From positions 113,152,001-113,216,000 of the forward strand of contig NC_086107.1 in assembly GCF_963921235.1 (NCBI RefSeq): a stretch of DNA of 64,000 bases, in the 5' to 3' direction. The notes beneath the pieces were generated by a model. It had not been told where the DNA came from. It saw only the letters and a list, made by a program, of their open reading frames with translations, and did no database searches. This document shows, one piece after another, positions 13,595 to 26,741 of the stretch. The position numbers were made by a program, and so were the translations under genes. Source of the DNA: Mobula hypostoma (taxonomy: Eukaryota). Numbering within the stretch: the first letter of the stretch is position 1; every line of letters starts with the position of its first letter.

Positions 13595-14170
13595 AGAACC
13601 AGGTTTAATGTCACTGGCACGTCATGAAATTCGTTAACTTTGTGCCAGCAGTGCAATGCAATACATGATAATACAGACAAAAATAGTTAAGTCAATTACA
13701 TCAATTACAGCAAGTATATGTATGTATATTAAATAGTTAAATTAAAAATAGTGCAAAAAGAGAGAAAAAATACCGAGATAGTGTTCATGGGTTCAATGTC
13801 CGTTCAGAAATCAGATGGCAGAGAGGAAGAAGCTGTTCCTGAATCACTGAGTGTGTGCCTTCAGGCTCCTGTACCTCCTTCCTGACTGTAACAACGAGAA
13901 GAGGGCATGTCCTGGGTGATGGGGGTCCTTAATAATGACGCTGTCTTTCTGAGGCACCGCTCCTCGAAGATGTCTTGGATACTACGGAGACTAGTACCCA
14001 TGATGGAACTGACAAATTTTACAACTTTCTGTAGCTTCTTTCGGACCTGTGCAGTAGCCCCCTCCCCACCCACCATACCAGACAGCGATGCAACCTGTCA
14101 GAATGCTCTCCACGCTACATTTTGAGTGCTTTAGGTGATAAACCAAATCCTAATGAAATAATGAAACTAT
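13595..14170 (-). mobile_element. Rex1/Babar-like LINE 3' fragment
   Basis: ATAQVRKKLQKVVKFVSSIMGTSL motif and shared 3' UTR. Confidence 0.8.
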
Positions 14171-14269
14171 TATTCTGCCTAATCCCGTCGATCTGCATCG
14201 GGACCACAACAGAGTCACAGAACACCACAGCACTACAACATAGAAACCTAAATATCTCCTCCCATTGGC

Positions 14270-14790
14270 GAGGCCTAATTTGGAGCATTGTGTGCAGTTT
14301 CGGTCAGCTGTCAAGGTGTAAATAAGGTTGAAAGAGTACAGAGAAAATTTACAAAGACTTTGCCAGGTCTGGAAGACCTGAATTATATGGAAAGATTGAA
14401 TACTTCATTCCTTGAAACATAGAAGATCGGGAGATTTGACAGAGGTGTACAAAATTGTGATGGGTATAGACAGGGTGAATACAGGCAGGCTTTTTCCACT
14501 GAGCTTGGGTGGGACTACAACCAGAGGTCATGGGTTAAGGGTGAAAGGTGAAAAGTTTAGGGGGAACATGAGGGGAAACCTTTTCACTCAGAGGGTCTTG
14601 AGAGTGTGGAACGAGCTGCCAGTTCACATGGTGCATGTGAGCTTGATTTCAATGTTTAAGAGAAGTTTGGATAGTTACATGGATGGTAGGGGTATGGAGG
14701 GCTATGGTCCCGGTGCAGGTTGATGGGGGTAGGCATGGACTAGATGGGCTGACAGGCCTGTTTCTGTGCTGTACTTTTCTATGACTCTAT
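14270..14790 (+). mobile_element. CR1-type LINE 3' fragment
   Basis: GDLTEVYKIV...TTRGHGLRVKG...FTQRVLRVWNELP. Confidence 0.85.
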
Positions 14791-15689
14791 CTCGTCTTAG
14801 GAGGCGATTCTATGTCTGTGAAAAGCAGGCGTGCTGCAGAACAGGTTCTGAAGCGTGAAAAGACCAGTTGAGGCATCACAAAGTCATCCAGAGAGGAGGT
14901 AAGTTCACCGTGACTTGGACTATTTTCCCACACTGATGGTCCATTTATAACTATAAATCCATTGCTCACTGTAGTCATACAACGTAGAATATGAAATCTT
15001 GAAAGTACAGCATGGAGCTAAGACATCAGGCCCAGCATGGGCGTACAGTCCAGTCAATGCTGCTGCCTCGTTTCTCCAAAGGTCTGGGTATGACATTGAC
15101 CAACAGTAGCACGCACACAATTCTGGAAGAACTCAGCAGGTCAGGCGGCTTATATGGAGGGAAATGATCAGTCGACATTTCAGGCTGAGATCCTTCGTCC
15201 TGCATCTGCAGTCTCTCCTGTGTCTCCCTGACCTCCCGGGCTGTCTGTGTGGAGTTTGAACGTTCTCCTTCTCTACATGTGGGTTTCCCCTGGGTGCTCT
15301 GGTCTCCCCACACAACCCAGTGCCTTGTGGTTTGATAGCTTAGCGGACCACCATGAATTATTCCTGTGTAAGCATCAGAGGAGGATGCTGCTGGGAAGGT
15401 ACGTGGGGGCAAATGAGGTGAGTGGAATGGGGAGTGATGGGGCTCATCTGTTCGGAGCAGGCATTCATATGATGGGCCCAATGGTCTCATCCTGTGTTGT
15501 AATAAATTCACCCAGTAGCCACTTTATTAGGTACACCTGTACACCTGCTCGTTAATGCAAATATCTAATCAGCCAGTCTCGTGGTAGCAACTCAATGCAT
15601 AAAAGCATGTGGACATGGTCAAGAGGTTCAGTTGCTGTTCAGACCAAACATCAGAATGAGGAAGTCACGAGATCCAAGAAATTCGATCT

Positions 15690-17135
15690 TTGGGGTAGAT
15701 ACGTCCTGAAGATGAAGAAATATTCTAAAGGGGGGACAGTGGCTGACAAGGGAAGTCAAGGACAGCAGAAAAGCAAAAGACAGGTCATATAATAGAGCAA
15801 AAATTAGTGGGAAGGTAGAAGATTGGGAAGCTCTTAAAAACCAGCAGAAGGCAACTAAAAAGCCATGAGAGAAAAGATGAAATATGAAGGTAACCTAGGA
15901 CAATCGTATAAAAGAGGGTACCAAAAGTTTTTCAGATACATGAAGAGTAAAAGATAGTCAAGAATAGATATCAGACCGCTGTAAAACGTTGTTGCAGAGG
16001 TAGTAATGGGGGACAATGAAATAGCAGTCAAACTTAATAAGTATTTTGCTTCAGATGCGAGAGTGTTAGGGGGCAGAAGAGAGTGTCATTGCTATTACTA
16101 AGGAGAAGATGCTTGGGAAGTTGAAAGGTCTGAAGGTAGACACAGTAAGTAACCTGGACCAGATGGACTACACCCCAGGGTGCTGAAAGAGGTAACTGAA
16201 GAGACTGTGGAGGCATGGTAATGATCTTTCGACTATCGCTAGATTCTGGAATGGTTCTGGAGGGCCTGTTGTTGGTTGCTGGTGAATAGCGGCGTTACGC
16301 AGGGGCTGGTGTTGGCACCACTTCCTTTCGTGTTCTATGTCAAAGGATGATGGAATTGATGGCTTTGTGGCCAAATTTGCAGATGATACGAAGGTAGGTG
16401 GAGGGGAAAGTAGTGTTGAGGAAGCAAGGAGTCTGCAGAAGGACTTGGATTTGGAGAATGGGCAAAAATTTAGCAGATGGAATTTAGTGTATGGTAGTGA
16501 TGGTCATGCACTTTGGTAGAAGGAATAAAGGCATAGACTATGTTTGAAAAGGGGAGAAATTCAGAAATCAAAGTGTAAAGGGACTTAGCAGTCCTCATGC
16601 AGGATTTCCTAAAGGTTAGCTTGCAGGTTGAGTTGGTAAGGAAGGCAAATGCAATGTTAGTATTCATTTTGAGAGGACTAGAACACAAAAGCAAGGATGA
16701 GTCCTAATGAAGGGTCTTGGTCCAAAACGTCGACAGTTTACTCTTTTCCATAGATTCCGCCTGGTCTGCAGAGTACCTCCAGCTTTTTGTGTGTGTTGCA
16801 AAGCAAAGGTGTAACGTTGAGGCTTTATAAGACATTGGTCAGACCGCACTTGGAGTATTGAGAGCAGTTTTGGGCCACTTAACTATAAAGAGATGTGCAG
16901 GAATTGGAGAGGATCCAGAGGAGGTTTATGAGAATAATCCCAGGGATGAAACGGTTAACACATGAGGTGCGTTTGATGACTGGAGTTTAAAGAATGGGCG
17001 GGGGGGAGTCTCACTGGAACCTATTGAATATTGAAAGGCCTACATAGAGTGGATGTGGAGAGGATGTTCTCTATAGTGGGGGAATCAAGCACCAGAGGGC
17101 ACAGCCACAGTATAGACGGACGTCCATTTACAACA
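15690..17135 (+). mobile_element. Degraded CR1-type LINE (RT with KFADDTK), interrupted by a pLTR fragment
   Basis: GFVAKFADDTKVGG and downstream CR1 motifs with many stops and frameshifts. Confidence 0.8.
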
Positions 17136-19047
17136 GAAACCCGGAGGAGAGGTCTCTGTTGTAAAGAGGTGAGAGGACAGGGGCGGAGCAAGAGCTGGCA
17201 GGTGGTTGGTGGATCTAGGCAAGGCGGGGTGACAGGCAGATGGATGGGGGGGAGAGTGGAAACAGTGACAGAGGCTGGATTACCTGGATCCACCCATCAC
17301 CTGCCTGCTCTTGCCCTGCCCCCTCCCCTCCACCTTTATATACTGTTCCTACTATCTTACTCCTGTCCTTCAGTCCACACGAGGGGTCTCGACCGGAAAA
17401 GTCAGCTGTCCATTTCCCTCCATAAACACTGCCCGGCCCACTTGAGTTCCCCAGCAGTTTGCACGTTGCTCCAGATTCCAGCATCTGAAAGCCTTATGTC
17501 AACAATTCTAAAGACCATTCGCAGCTTCTCTTTTCAAGAAAACTAACCCAACCTGTTTAAAGTTTGGAACCTTGCATTTCAGGTTCTTTCACGGTGAATC
17601 ACTTATTTGCATAGGCTTCAGTTCCTTTAAATGTTTTCCTCAAGGTGATTGCAGAAGTTTTGAACTCTGCGCCTGATGAAAGCTTAGCTAAAACCTTTCT
17701 CTATATTTTCACGTCTACCCTCTTGGCAATGAAATCTGAAAACTTCATGTGAACCATAATCTGCATGAATACATTTAGAGATTTTGTGTATTCACACTCT
17801 CAGATCCCTCTGCTACCCAATCTCATTCTAATTAATGAAATACACTCTGTGGTCACTTTACTCAATGCTTCCTGTACCTAATAAAGTGGCCCTTGCTTGT
17901 ATGTTCATGGTCTGCTGCTGTAGCCCGTTCACTTCAAGGATTGATGTGTTGTCAAGTTTATTCGAGTCAAGTTTATTGTCATTTAATTATATACATGTAT
18001 ACTGCCAAATGAGACAACGTTTCTCCGGACTAGGGTATAGTACACATAACACACAACAATTTAGGAAAGTAAGAATTAAACCTACAAATGAATTATCCAT
18101 AGGTAAACAAAGTAAATTGCACAAATTAAATGTTGTAAGGTACAGTACAGATTAACCAGTTACACTTTGAATGCGATGCGGCAGGGAGTTCAGAAGCCCA
18201 GTGGCCTGAGGGAAGAAACTGTTCCCCATCCTGGCCGTTCTTGTCTTTATGCATCGGAGTCTCCTGCCTGATGGTAGAAAGTCAAAGAGGATGCTGGATG
18301 GATGGGTGGGGTCCTTGATAACACTAAGGGCCCTGCGTACACAGCGCTTCTGATAAATGTCCCCAATGCATTCAGAGATGCTCTTCTGCACACCGCCGTT
18401 GTAACACATAGCTTTCTGAGGTGCTGTCACCTTCCTGTCAGCTTGAACCAGTCTGACCACTCTCCTCTGGCCTCTCTCATAGTTCCCCACAGAGCTGCTG
18501 CTCAATGTATTTTTTTTTTTGTTTCTCGCACCATTCTCTGTAAACTCTAGGGACTGTTGTGCGTGAAAATCCCAGGAGATCAGCAGCTTCTGAGATACTC
18601 AAACCACCCTGCCTGGCACCAACAACCAACTTCACTTAGGTCACATTTCTTCCCCATTCTAATGTTTGGTCTGAACAACAGCTGAACCTCTTGACCGAGT
18701 CTGCATGCTTTTATGCATTGAGCTGCTGCCATGATTGTCTGATTAGATAATTGAAATAGTGAGAAGGTGTACAGGTGGTGAGTGTATTCCCTTCAGACTA
18801 TATTTCATTAGGAGCTTTGAGAGATTGGACTGTCTCTAAAGACTCTCGGAAATTTCTACAGAGGTCACCAGATATAACTGTATCTGGTGACGTCCTTCAA
18901 CCTTTTTTCCTCCTGGTTCCTAGGGGTTCTTGGGTATGATTACACAAATTGGAGAAAGCATCCAAGAACGTTCCGGGCACCTTAAAGATCCACATTGAGA
19001 GCACAAGAAAGCAATGAGAAATATCAGAAGGATATTTCTCTGTCCGT

Positions 19048-19155
19048 TTCCTTTCTTCTTTCTTTCTTTCTTTCTTTCTTTCTCTCTCTCTCTCTCTCTC
19101 CTTGTCTCTGTTTCTGTCCTCTGTCCCTGCCTCTGTCTCTGTTTCTGTCTCTCTT
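19048..19155 (+). repeat. (TTTC)n/(TC)n pyrimidine-rich microsatellite
   Basis: Directly visible; a second pyrimidine tract lies at ~19450-19660. Confidence 0.9.
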
Positions 19156-19904
19156 AGCACAACATCCCAGCCACCCCCCGATCGGTCCCGTCAAACACCG
19201 CTGGCCCCGGCTGTGGGAGGGGCTGGGAGTCCCGCGCGGGGACTCGACAACTACCTCAGCACCCACAGAGCTGCAGTGGAAGCAGGTCCTGAGCCTTGAG
19301 AGTCTGCCCAAGAAAAAGTGAAACACCCACACAACAATAAAACCAAATCTACGTCGCCCCGATGTTCACAGTACGAAACCAGAAGCCTTCATTGGCACTT
19401 TGAGTTGATGCAGCCATAAAGGGCACAACAGAGACGCAATCATTTTTATTCTTTCTTTCTATCCTTTCTTTATGATCACCCTCTTGTTCTTCCTTTCATT
19501 TTCTTTCTCTCTCCCTTTATACTCATTTTTTTATTCCTTCTTTGTCTCTTTTTTTCTCACATTTCATGTTCTTCCTCTCTCCCTCTCATCATTCTTCCTT
19601 TTCCTCTTTCGTTTCTCTTTTGTCCTTTATTCTCTCTGTCTCGTTCCTTTGTTGTTCTCCTGCCTGCAATCTCAGAGAGTTATACAGGACAGAGACAGGC
19701 CCTGCAGCCCATCGAGCCGGTGCTGAACATCAACCCACACATTCGCACTTATTCCCACAAATATCCCATTTTATCCTCCCTTCATTCCCCATCAACTCCC
19801 TTCGGATTCTTGCCCCTCTTCCACAAACTAGGGGCGATGTGCAGCTGAGCAATCAACCTGCACGCCTTAGGGATGTGGGATGAAAGGGGGGCATCCCGGG
19901 GAAA

Positions 19905-20460
19905 AGCAAAGATGTAATGCTGAGGCTTTATAAGGCATTGGTCAGAACACATCTGGAGTATGGTGAGCAGTTCCAGGCCCGTTATCCAGGAATGGATGTG
20001 CTGTCTCTGGAGACAGTTCAGAGGAGGTTCACAAGAAAGATCCCAGGAATGAAAGGGTTAATGTATGAGGAGCATTTGATGGTTCTGGTCCTGTACTCAC
20101 TGAAATTCAGAAGAACGGAGAAGAGGAGTGAATCTCATTAAAACATATTGAATATTGAAAGAGCTAGATAGAGTTGACATGGAGAGGAAGTGTAGGATCT
20201 CAGAATACTAGGACATCCCTTTAGAACAGAGCTGAGGAAGAATTTCTTTATCCAGAGGGAGATGAATCTGTGGAATTCGTTGCCACAGACAGCTGTGGGG
20301 GCCAAGTCATTAGGTATGCCTAAAGAGGCCGTTGATAGGTTCTTGATCGGTTTCAAAGATTACAGGGAGAAGGCAAGACTATGGGATAATGTCAGCCACG
20401 ATGGAATGGCATGGCAGACTTGATGGGCCGATTGGCCTAAAATGCTCACATGGCCTTAGG
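19905..20460 (+). mobile_element. CR1-type LINE 3' fragment
   Basis: MLRLYKALVRTHLEYGEQF...QRRFTRKIPGMKGL. Confidence 0.85.
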
Positions 20461-20975
20461 GTCACATGGTCACAATGGGGGCATGCAAATTCAGCTGCAA
20501 AGGTCAGCATCAAACCAGCACAGTGGTAAAGCTGTTACCTCAGATCTGAAGAGTTTAAATCCTTAATAAATTAACCATAGTCCCAATCCAATATCTATCC
20601 CTATATCTAACGGATAACTCAAACGTTGCTCTTCATGGGACCTTTGCTGAATCCTTGATAACAACAGGTTAACCCAGTACCAAAGCCAACAAATAACTCA
20701 GTCATTATCAGATTGCTGTTCGTGAGATCTTGCTAAAGATCTTGCTGACATTGGACCTTGCCATCCAAAAGGGCTCCTTTGCCCATGCAACACCCATGGT
20801 CAAAGGGATGAGAAAGTTGCTACAGCAACGCATGTAGTTTAGCCCTTGAGCCTTGAGGTGGAAAGGAAGAGCAAGGGTTTGGTTTGGAGAACTGGTGGGG
20901 TGAGGTGAGTTTTAACCTTTTGCCTCTGAGTTTGCATCTCCTTGGGAGAAGGGGAGAGAAGGAGAGAAAGAGAGA

Positions 20976-20982
20976 GCTTACC
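20976..20982 (-). other. 5' splice donor of a 3'-UTR intron of the ASCL gene
   Basis: Minus strand reads TGA TGA G|GTAAGC, a consensus donor 4 nt after the stop. Mammalian ASCL1/ASCL2 also have an intron just after the stop codon. Confidence 0.65.
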
Positions 20983-20985
20983 TCA

Positions 20986-21390
20986 TCATTCTATGCCCAA
21001 CCACGCCTTGCAGGCTTCAAAGTCCTGCTCGGAGCAGATGGAGTCCCAAGAGGCATCTTCGGAGGAGCAGGTGGAGTTGGGGGAGCCAGTGGTGGAGCCC
21101 CCGTCGGCCGAGGGATCCTGGTCCTGCAGGAGCACCTCCAGCTTGCGGATGTAGTCGACGGCAGAGCGCAGAGTGTCCACCTTGCTCATCCGCTTGCCCG
21201 CCCCGCACTGGGGCACGTACCGTCGCAGGTTGCTGAAGCCCAGGTTGACCAGCTTCACCCGGTTCCGCTCCCGCTCATTGCGCCGCGAGTTTGTGCCCGC
21301 TGCCTCGGCGGGTCCCTGGCGCTGCCCCCGCCGGCCATGGGCGCCGGCTCTCCCCTTCACCCCGCCCGGGGTCGCTCGCGGGTGCTCCAT
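20986..21390 (-). CDS. Achaete-scute family bHLH transcription factor, ASCL1/ASCL2 class (divergent, 134 aa from first in-frame ATG)
   Basis: bHLH RRNERERNRVKLVNLGFSNLRRYVPQCGAGKRMSKVDTLRSAVDYIRKLEVLL and an ASCL1/2-type acidic tail SPNSTCSSEDASWDSICSEQDFEACKAWLGIE. An in-frame TGA at 21457-21459 makes ATG 21390 the first usable Met. CpG-rich. Paralog identity unresolved. Confidence 0.93.
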   Translation of the reverse strand: MEHPRATPGGVKGRAGAHGRRGQRQGPAEAAGTNSRRNERERNRVKLVNLGFSNLRRYVPQCGAGKRMSKVDTLRSAVDYIRKLEVLLQDQDPSADGGSTTGSPNSTCSSEDASWDSICSEQDFEACKAWLGIE

Positions 21391-21780
21391 GTGGGGGCCC
21401 CCCCCCTCCCCGCAGGCCGCCGACACCACCACCTCAGCCGGTGAGAGGCTGCCTCCTCACCGACCGTCCTCGCCGCGCAGGCAGCTCCCTGCCGAGCGCT
21501 TCCTGGGTTGAGCTGGTGACTGATTCCACGCCCGCCTTGAGGCCAGTCAGGACCTGCCCGACTCATTCAGCTCTCCTCCTTCCCTTGCTCTTTCCCCGAA
21601 GCCCGGCAAGCACAGGTCGATTAATCAGCAACACCTCTCCCTGCAGGTACAGCCCTTCTGTTAACCCTCGCCCTGCCGCCCCTCTCTGCCTTGCTGCCGA
21701 CCGCGCTGCTCCCTCTGGGTGTGCCAGTCGTGATCGCAAACGCGCATTGCACTGTGTGTTTCGCTGCAGCCGTGATAAAA
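21000..21780. promoter_or_regulatory. CpG island covering the ASCL coding exon and its 5' region/promoter
   Basis: Very GC-rich, with many CpG dinucleotides against a CpG-depleted repeat background; extends about 400 bp upstream of the ATG on the minus strand. Confidence 0.7.
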
Positions 21781-22587
21781 TGCAACCGACCCTAAATCTC
21801 ATGAGCAGCTGCAGAAGAACAAAAGGGTCGGTTCAGTCCCCACTCTGCACACAAGTGATATCAGGAATTGTCATATGTAGTCTGGCCTCTACCCTTTGAC
21901 CTGTTTGGCATGGGTGACCCCTACCAAGGACCAAAGCACAAAGCCCTGACTCCAGCCAACATTCAGCTCAGGGTTAACAACCCTGACCGGTCAAGCAAAA
22001 CTGTTACGGAAGTAGCGATGGAGGATTGGCAGTATCCCTGAGTCTCCACCTGGAACTCGCGTGACTGCCCGAGCGACTGACGTGATGAATGGAGCTCTGA
22101 ACGCCGCCAGAGAGGGAGGGCCTTCTTGGCTGTCCTAAACGTTGGCGGCATAATGGTCAGCGGGTCCATCCAGGGGTTATATAGCAGAGGCACAGAAGCT
22201 GTCCTAGGACGTGGTGACACGCGTAGTCAAGCTTTCGTGCTTCTGCCTGGTGGGAAGGGGAGAGCGGAGGGAAGGTCCGGGCTGGAAAATGGCTGCTTTG
22301 CCTTGGTGGTGAGAAGTTCATGGAGGGGAGACTGGTTTCTGTGACGTGCTGAGCTGCGTCCGAAACTCTGCCGCTTCTTACAGTCTTGGGCAAAGCCGTG
22401 GCCATGCTCTGCGATGCACCTGGAGAGACACAGGAGGTTCTGTAGAAGCTGGAGAGGGTGTTTTCTGTGGCGCGTCTATAGGACTGGTGAGGTTCAAAGA
22501 GGACCTGCTATATTTCCCCAGCTTTCTGTGGGAGGGCACTGGTGTGTGGTGTGAACGTGAAATGAGTTGCTGTGGAAGTGGTCAAGA

Positions 22588-24302
22588 GTCAGAATCAGGT
22601 TTAATATCACTGGCGTATCTTGTGAAAGTTGTAGTCTTTGCAGCAGCAGTACAATTCAATAGAAAAAACCTGTGAATTGCGGTGAGTATATAGTGTATAC
22701 ATTACTAGTTAAATTAAATGAAAATAGAAATAAAGTAGTGAGGTAGTGTTCATGGGTTCAATGTCCATTCAGAAATCGGACGGCAGAGGGGAAGAAGCTG
22801 TTCCTGAATCACTGAGTGTGTGCCTTCAGGCTTCTGTACCTCCTTCCTGATGTAGCAGTGAGAAGAGGGCATGTTCTGGGTGATGGGGTTCCTGGAAGAT
22901 GTCCTGGATACTATGGAGGCTATATTTTTTTATTTATTCATTTACGGGATGTGGGCATCGCCAGCTGAGCCTGCATTTATTGCCTATTTTTATTAAGGGT
23001 CAATCACTGGGACATTCGACAATCGACACGGTTTCATGGTAATCAGATATTTTTGATATTGAATTCAAGTTCATCATCTGTCATGGTGGGATTCGAACTC
23101 ATGTCCCCAGCGTATAACTGTCTCTCTGGATTACTGATCCAATGGTGATTACCATTACGCCAGATCTCCCTAGTGCCCATGATGGAGCTGGCTGACAGAG
23201 TTTACAACTCTCTACAGCCTATTTCGATCCTGTGTAGTAGCCAGCACTACCCCCCACCCCTATATCAGATGGTGATGCAGCCAGTTGGAAAGCTCTCCAC
23301 ATTACATCTGTAGAAATTGGTGAGTGCCTTATAGACCAAATCTCCTCAAGCTCTTAATGAAATATAGCCACTGTCATGCAACACACATCAAAACTGCTGG
23401 TGAACGCAGCAGGCCAGGCAGCATCTCTAGGAAGAGGTACAGTCGACGTTTCGGGCCGAGACCCTTCGTCAGGACTAACCGAAGGAAGAGTTAGTAAGAG
23501 ATTTGAAAGTGGGAGGGGGAGGGGGAGATCCAAAATGATAGGAGAAGACAGGAGGGGGAGGGATGGAGCCAAGGGGAGGGACAGGTGATCGGCAAAGGGG
23601 ATATGAGAGGATCATGGGACAGGAGGCCCAGGGAGAAAGACAGTGGGAGGGGGGAAACCCAGAGGGTGGGCAAGGGGTATAGTCAGAGGGACAGAGGGAG
23701 AAAAAGGAGAGAGAGAAAAAGAATGTGTGTAAAATAAATAATGGATGGGGTACGAGGGGGAGGTGGGGCATTAGTGGAAGTTCGAGAAGTCAATGTTCAT
23801 GCCATCAGGTTGGAGGCTACCCAGACGGAATATAAGGTGTTGTTCCTCCAACCTGAGTGTGGCTTCATCTTTACAGTAGAGGAGGCCGCGGATAGACATG
23901 TCAGAATGGGAATGGGATGTGGAATTAAAATGTGTGGCCACTGGGAGATCCTGCTTTCTCTGGCGGACAGAGCGTCTGTCACTGTCATGTCTTCTTTGTA
24001 GCTGCGTCAATAGGTTAGATCCTCAGAGATATTGAGACCCAGGGACATGAAGTTACTCACTCTCTCCACTTCTGATCCCTCTATGAGGACGGGTGTGTGT
24101 TCCCTTCTCTGACCCTCTCCGAAGTCCACAATCGGTTCTTTGGTCTCACTGACGCTGCCAGGTTGTTGCGTAAGACCACTCAACCAGCTGATCTGTCTTG
24201 CTCCTGTACGCCCTCTCAACACCGTCTGAAATTCTGCCAACAATAGTTGTGCCATCGGCAAATTTATAGATGCCATTTGAGCTGTGCCTAGCCACACAGT
24301 CA
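22588..24302 (-). mobile_element. Rex1/Babar-like LINE fragment with nested Penelope and SINE pieces
   Basis: VLIEGSEVERVSNFMSLGLNISEDL near 24010-24100; 3' end near 22590. Confidence 0.75.
23378..23975 (-). mobile_element. Penelope-like element 3' fragment (EN C-terminus plus pLTR with hammerhead) nested in a Rex1-like LINE
   Basis: RSVRQRKQDLPVATHFNSTSHSHSDMSIRGLLYCKDEATLRLEEQHLIFRLGSLQPDGMNIDF; near-identical to the 27851 copy. Confidence 0.85.
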
Positions 24303-26741
24303 CAGTTCAATTGTAACAAGTGAAAATCAAAGAAATGACAGATGCTGGCAACCTGTTTCTCTCTCCACAGATGCTGGCTGGCCTGCTGAATGCTTCTCCT
24401 TTCATTTTAGTTGAGCATCGAAGCAGAATTATTTTTATTTATTTTATTTATTTAAAGATACAGTGCAAAATAGATCCTTCCCATTCAATGAGCTGCACCA
24501 CTCAGCTACCCACTTAGCCTGATTACAGGGTATATTATCACTGATGTATGTCGAGAAATTTGTTGTATCTGGCAGCAGTACAGTGGAAGACGTAAAGAAG
24601 GTGACTATAAAGAAAGAAAATAAACAAATTGTTCCAAAAAAGGGGTTCAGGATGAAGTTACTGCAAAAACATTGAGTAAATGTCTTCAGGCTCCTGTACC
24701 TCCTCCCTGATAGTAGCATTATATGCAAACATACAAGATCCTAAGGGCGTACAACAGCGTAGATGTCAAGATGTTTCCACAAGTGGGAGAGACTTGTAAT
24801 TATAAGATTAAGAGGTGTTAATGTAAACTAAGAGGCATGGGAGCTTCTTCTTGCAAAGAATGAAGAATCTCTGGAATTCTTTATCTCAGGGCGGGGTGGA
24901 GCACGACCTTGGCCACCAACCCGATTTTAGGTAACTCACTCCCCCTCTGTCCCTTTTCTCCCTCCCCGTGATCTACTCCGGTCCTCTTACGCTCCCCACC
25001 CAACCACCACCACCCTGTTTCTTTCCCCTCCTCCACTTACCACCTGCCCGTCACCCACAAACTCCTCCCACTGGGTCGCCTCCAGCTACTCTTCGCAACT
25101 GCCCAACATCCCTCTAAACCGCGAAGAGCAATGTCACTGAGCAAAGAGTGCATGGAGCATTTCCTTTAAAACCTTTCTAGCCATCTAAAGGAAAATGGAG
25201 GACTACGTAGGAAAAAAGAGTCAGATTGATCTTGAGTTGGCACAACATCGTGGTTTTATGTCAAAGTAAATTTATTATCAAAGTTCATATTACTTACTTA
25301 CCTCCTGATAACCCGCTGGCATTCTGGGCAGCAATGTAGGTCCTCCATCTCCAACTGTATAGAAGGATTCTTCGTTGTTGTTTCTGTAACAGTTTTGTTT
25401 GATCACGCGGGGTTGTCAGCCCTGAGCTGAACCCCCGAACCTGGAGGACTGGTAGACCACTCTTAGTCTGGCCTCTACCCTTTGATCTGTTTGCTATGGG
25501 TGACCCTACCAAGAGCCAAAGCACAAAGCCCTGACTCCAGCCAGCATAGCTCTCCGGGTCATTGAAGCACACAGGCCTCCAAACCCTACAACGAGTTTGT
25601 GGTCCACTTGGAGGAAAGTACCTATCTGTCACCAGATACTACCTTGAGACGCATTTCCTTGCAGGCATTTACAAGAAAATAAAGGAATACAACAGAATTC
25701 ATGAAAAACTATACATAAACAAAGACTGATAAACAACCAGTGTGCAAAAGAAGATAAATAGTGCAAATAATTAAAAATAAACAATATTGAGAACATGAGT
25801 TGTAGAGTCCTTGAAAGTGAGTCTATAGGCTGTGGAATCAGTTCAGCGTTGTGGTGAGTGAAGTTATTGACTTCCAGTTCAGGAGCCTGATGGCTGAGGG
25901 GTAACATCTGCTCCTGAACCTCCTGCCCCCAGAGCGGCTATGTACCTGTCTAAATGTTTCTGAAAAACTGTTATTGTACCCACCTCTACAGCCTCCTCGG
26001 CACCTCATTCTATACACCCACTGTCCTCTGTGTGAAAAAGTTGCCGCTAAAGATCCTTTAAAGCTCTCCCCTCTCACCTTAAACTTGACTGAGATTTTCG
26101 AGGAGGTGACGAAGGTGATGACTGAAAGAAAAGGTGAGGACATTGAGGCAGTTTAATAATGTGTTTGACAAGGTCCTTTGTGGTAGACTCACCCAGAAGA
26201 TTAAGATGTTTGGGGTCCACAGTGACTTGGCTGAATGGATTCAAAATCCAACCTCCTTTATTTGGTTCCTTGCTCCACTTTCCTTTCCTAACGGTTTCCA
26301 TCACCAACAGCTCATTGTTGGCTTCACCTACCACCTCCCGGCCTCTGTCACCAGTCTCACTCTCCCCTTATCCATTTGTTCATCACCCTTCTTCAACCAG
26401 AACCACACAACGGGAGTGATTAGTGTAACGCTTTAACAACACCAGCAACCCGGGTTCAATTCTGCCGCTTTCTGTAAGAAATCTGAATGTTCTCCCCTTG
26501 ACTGTGTCCTTTGGATCCCCCCCCCCCACATTCCAAAGACGTATGGGTTAGGAGGTTAATGGTCGCATGGGTGTAATTGGACGCCACCGGCTCATTGAGC
26601 TGGAAGGACCTGTTACCGTGCTGTATCTCTAAACAGGTAAATGGCTTGCCACCTCCGACACCACCCCTTCCCCCTACCTCTTTCTACTGGCTGACTCCCC
26701 TCTATCTTTAGGTCTAGTCGACGAAGGGTCCCAAAATATCA

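Noticed and set aside
14801..14898. Two in-frame TGA codons suggesting a selenoprotein exon
   Set aside because: No convincing SECIS core downstream and no selenoprotein-like motif.
19247..19258. TGAGGTAGTTGT on the minus strand (let-7-like 5' end) / CTACCTCA site on the plus strand
   Set aside because: The rest of a let-7 mature sequence and hairpin are absent. As a target site it is antisense to the ASCL mRNA.
20884..21899. Long plus-strand ORFs overlapping the ASCL gene
   Set aside because: Antisense shadows of a GC-rich CpG island with no recognisable domain.
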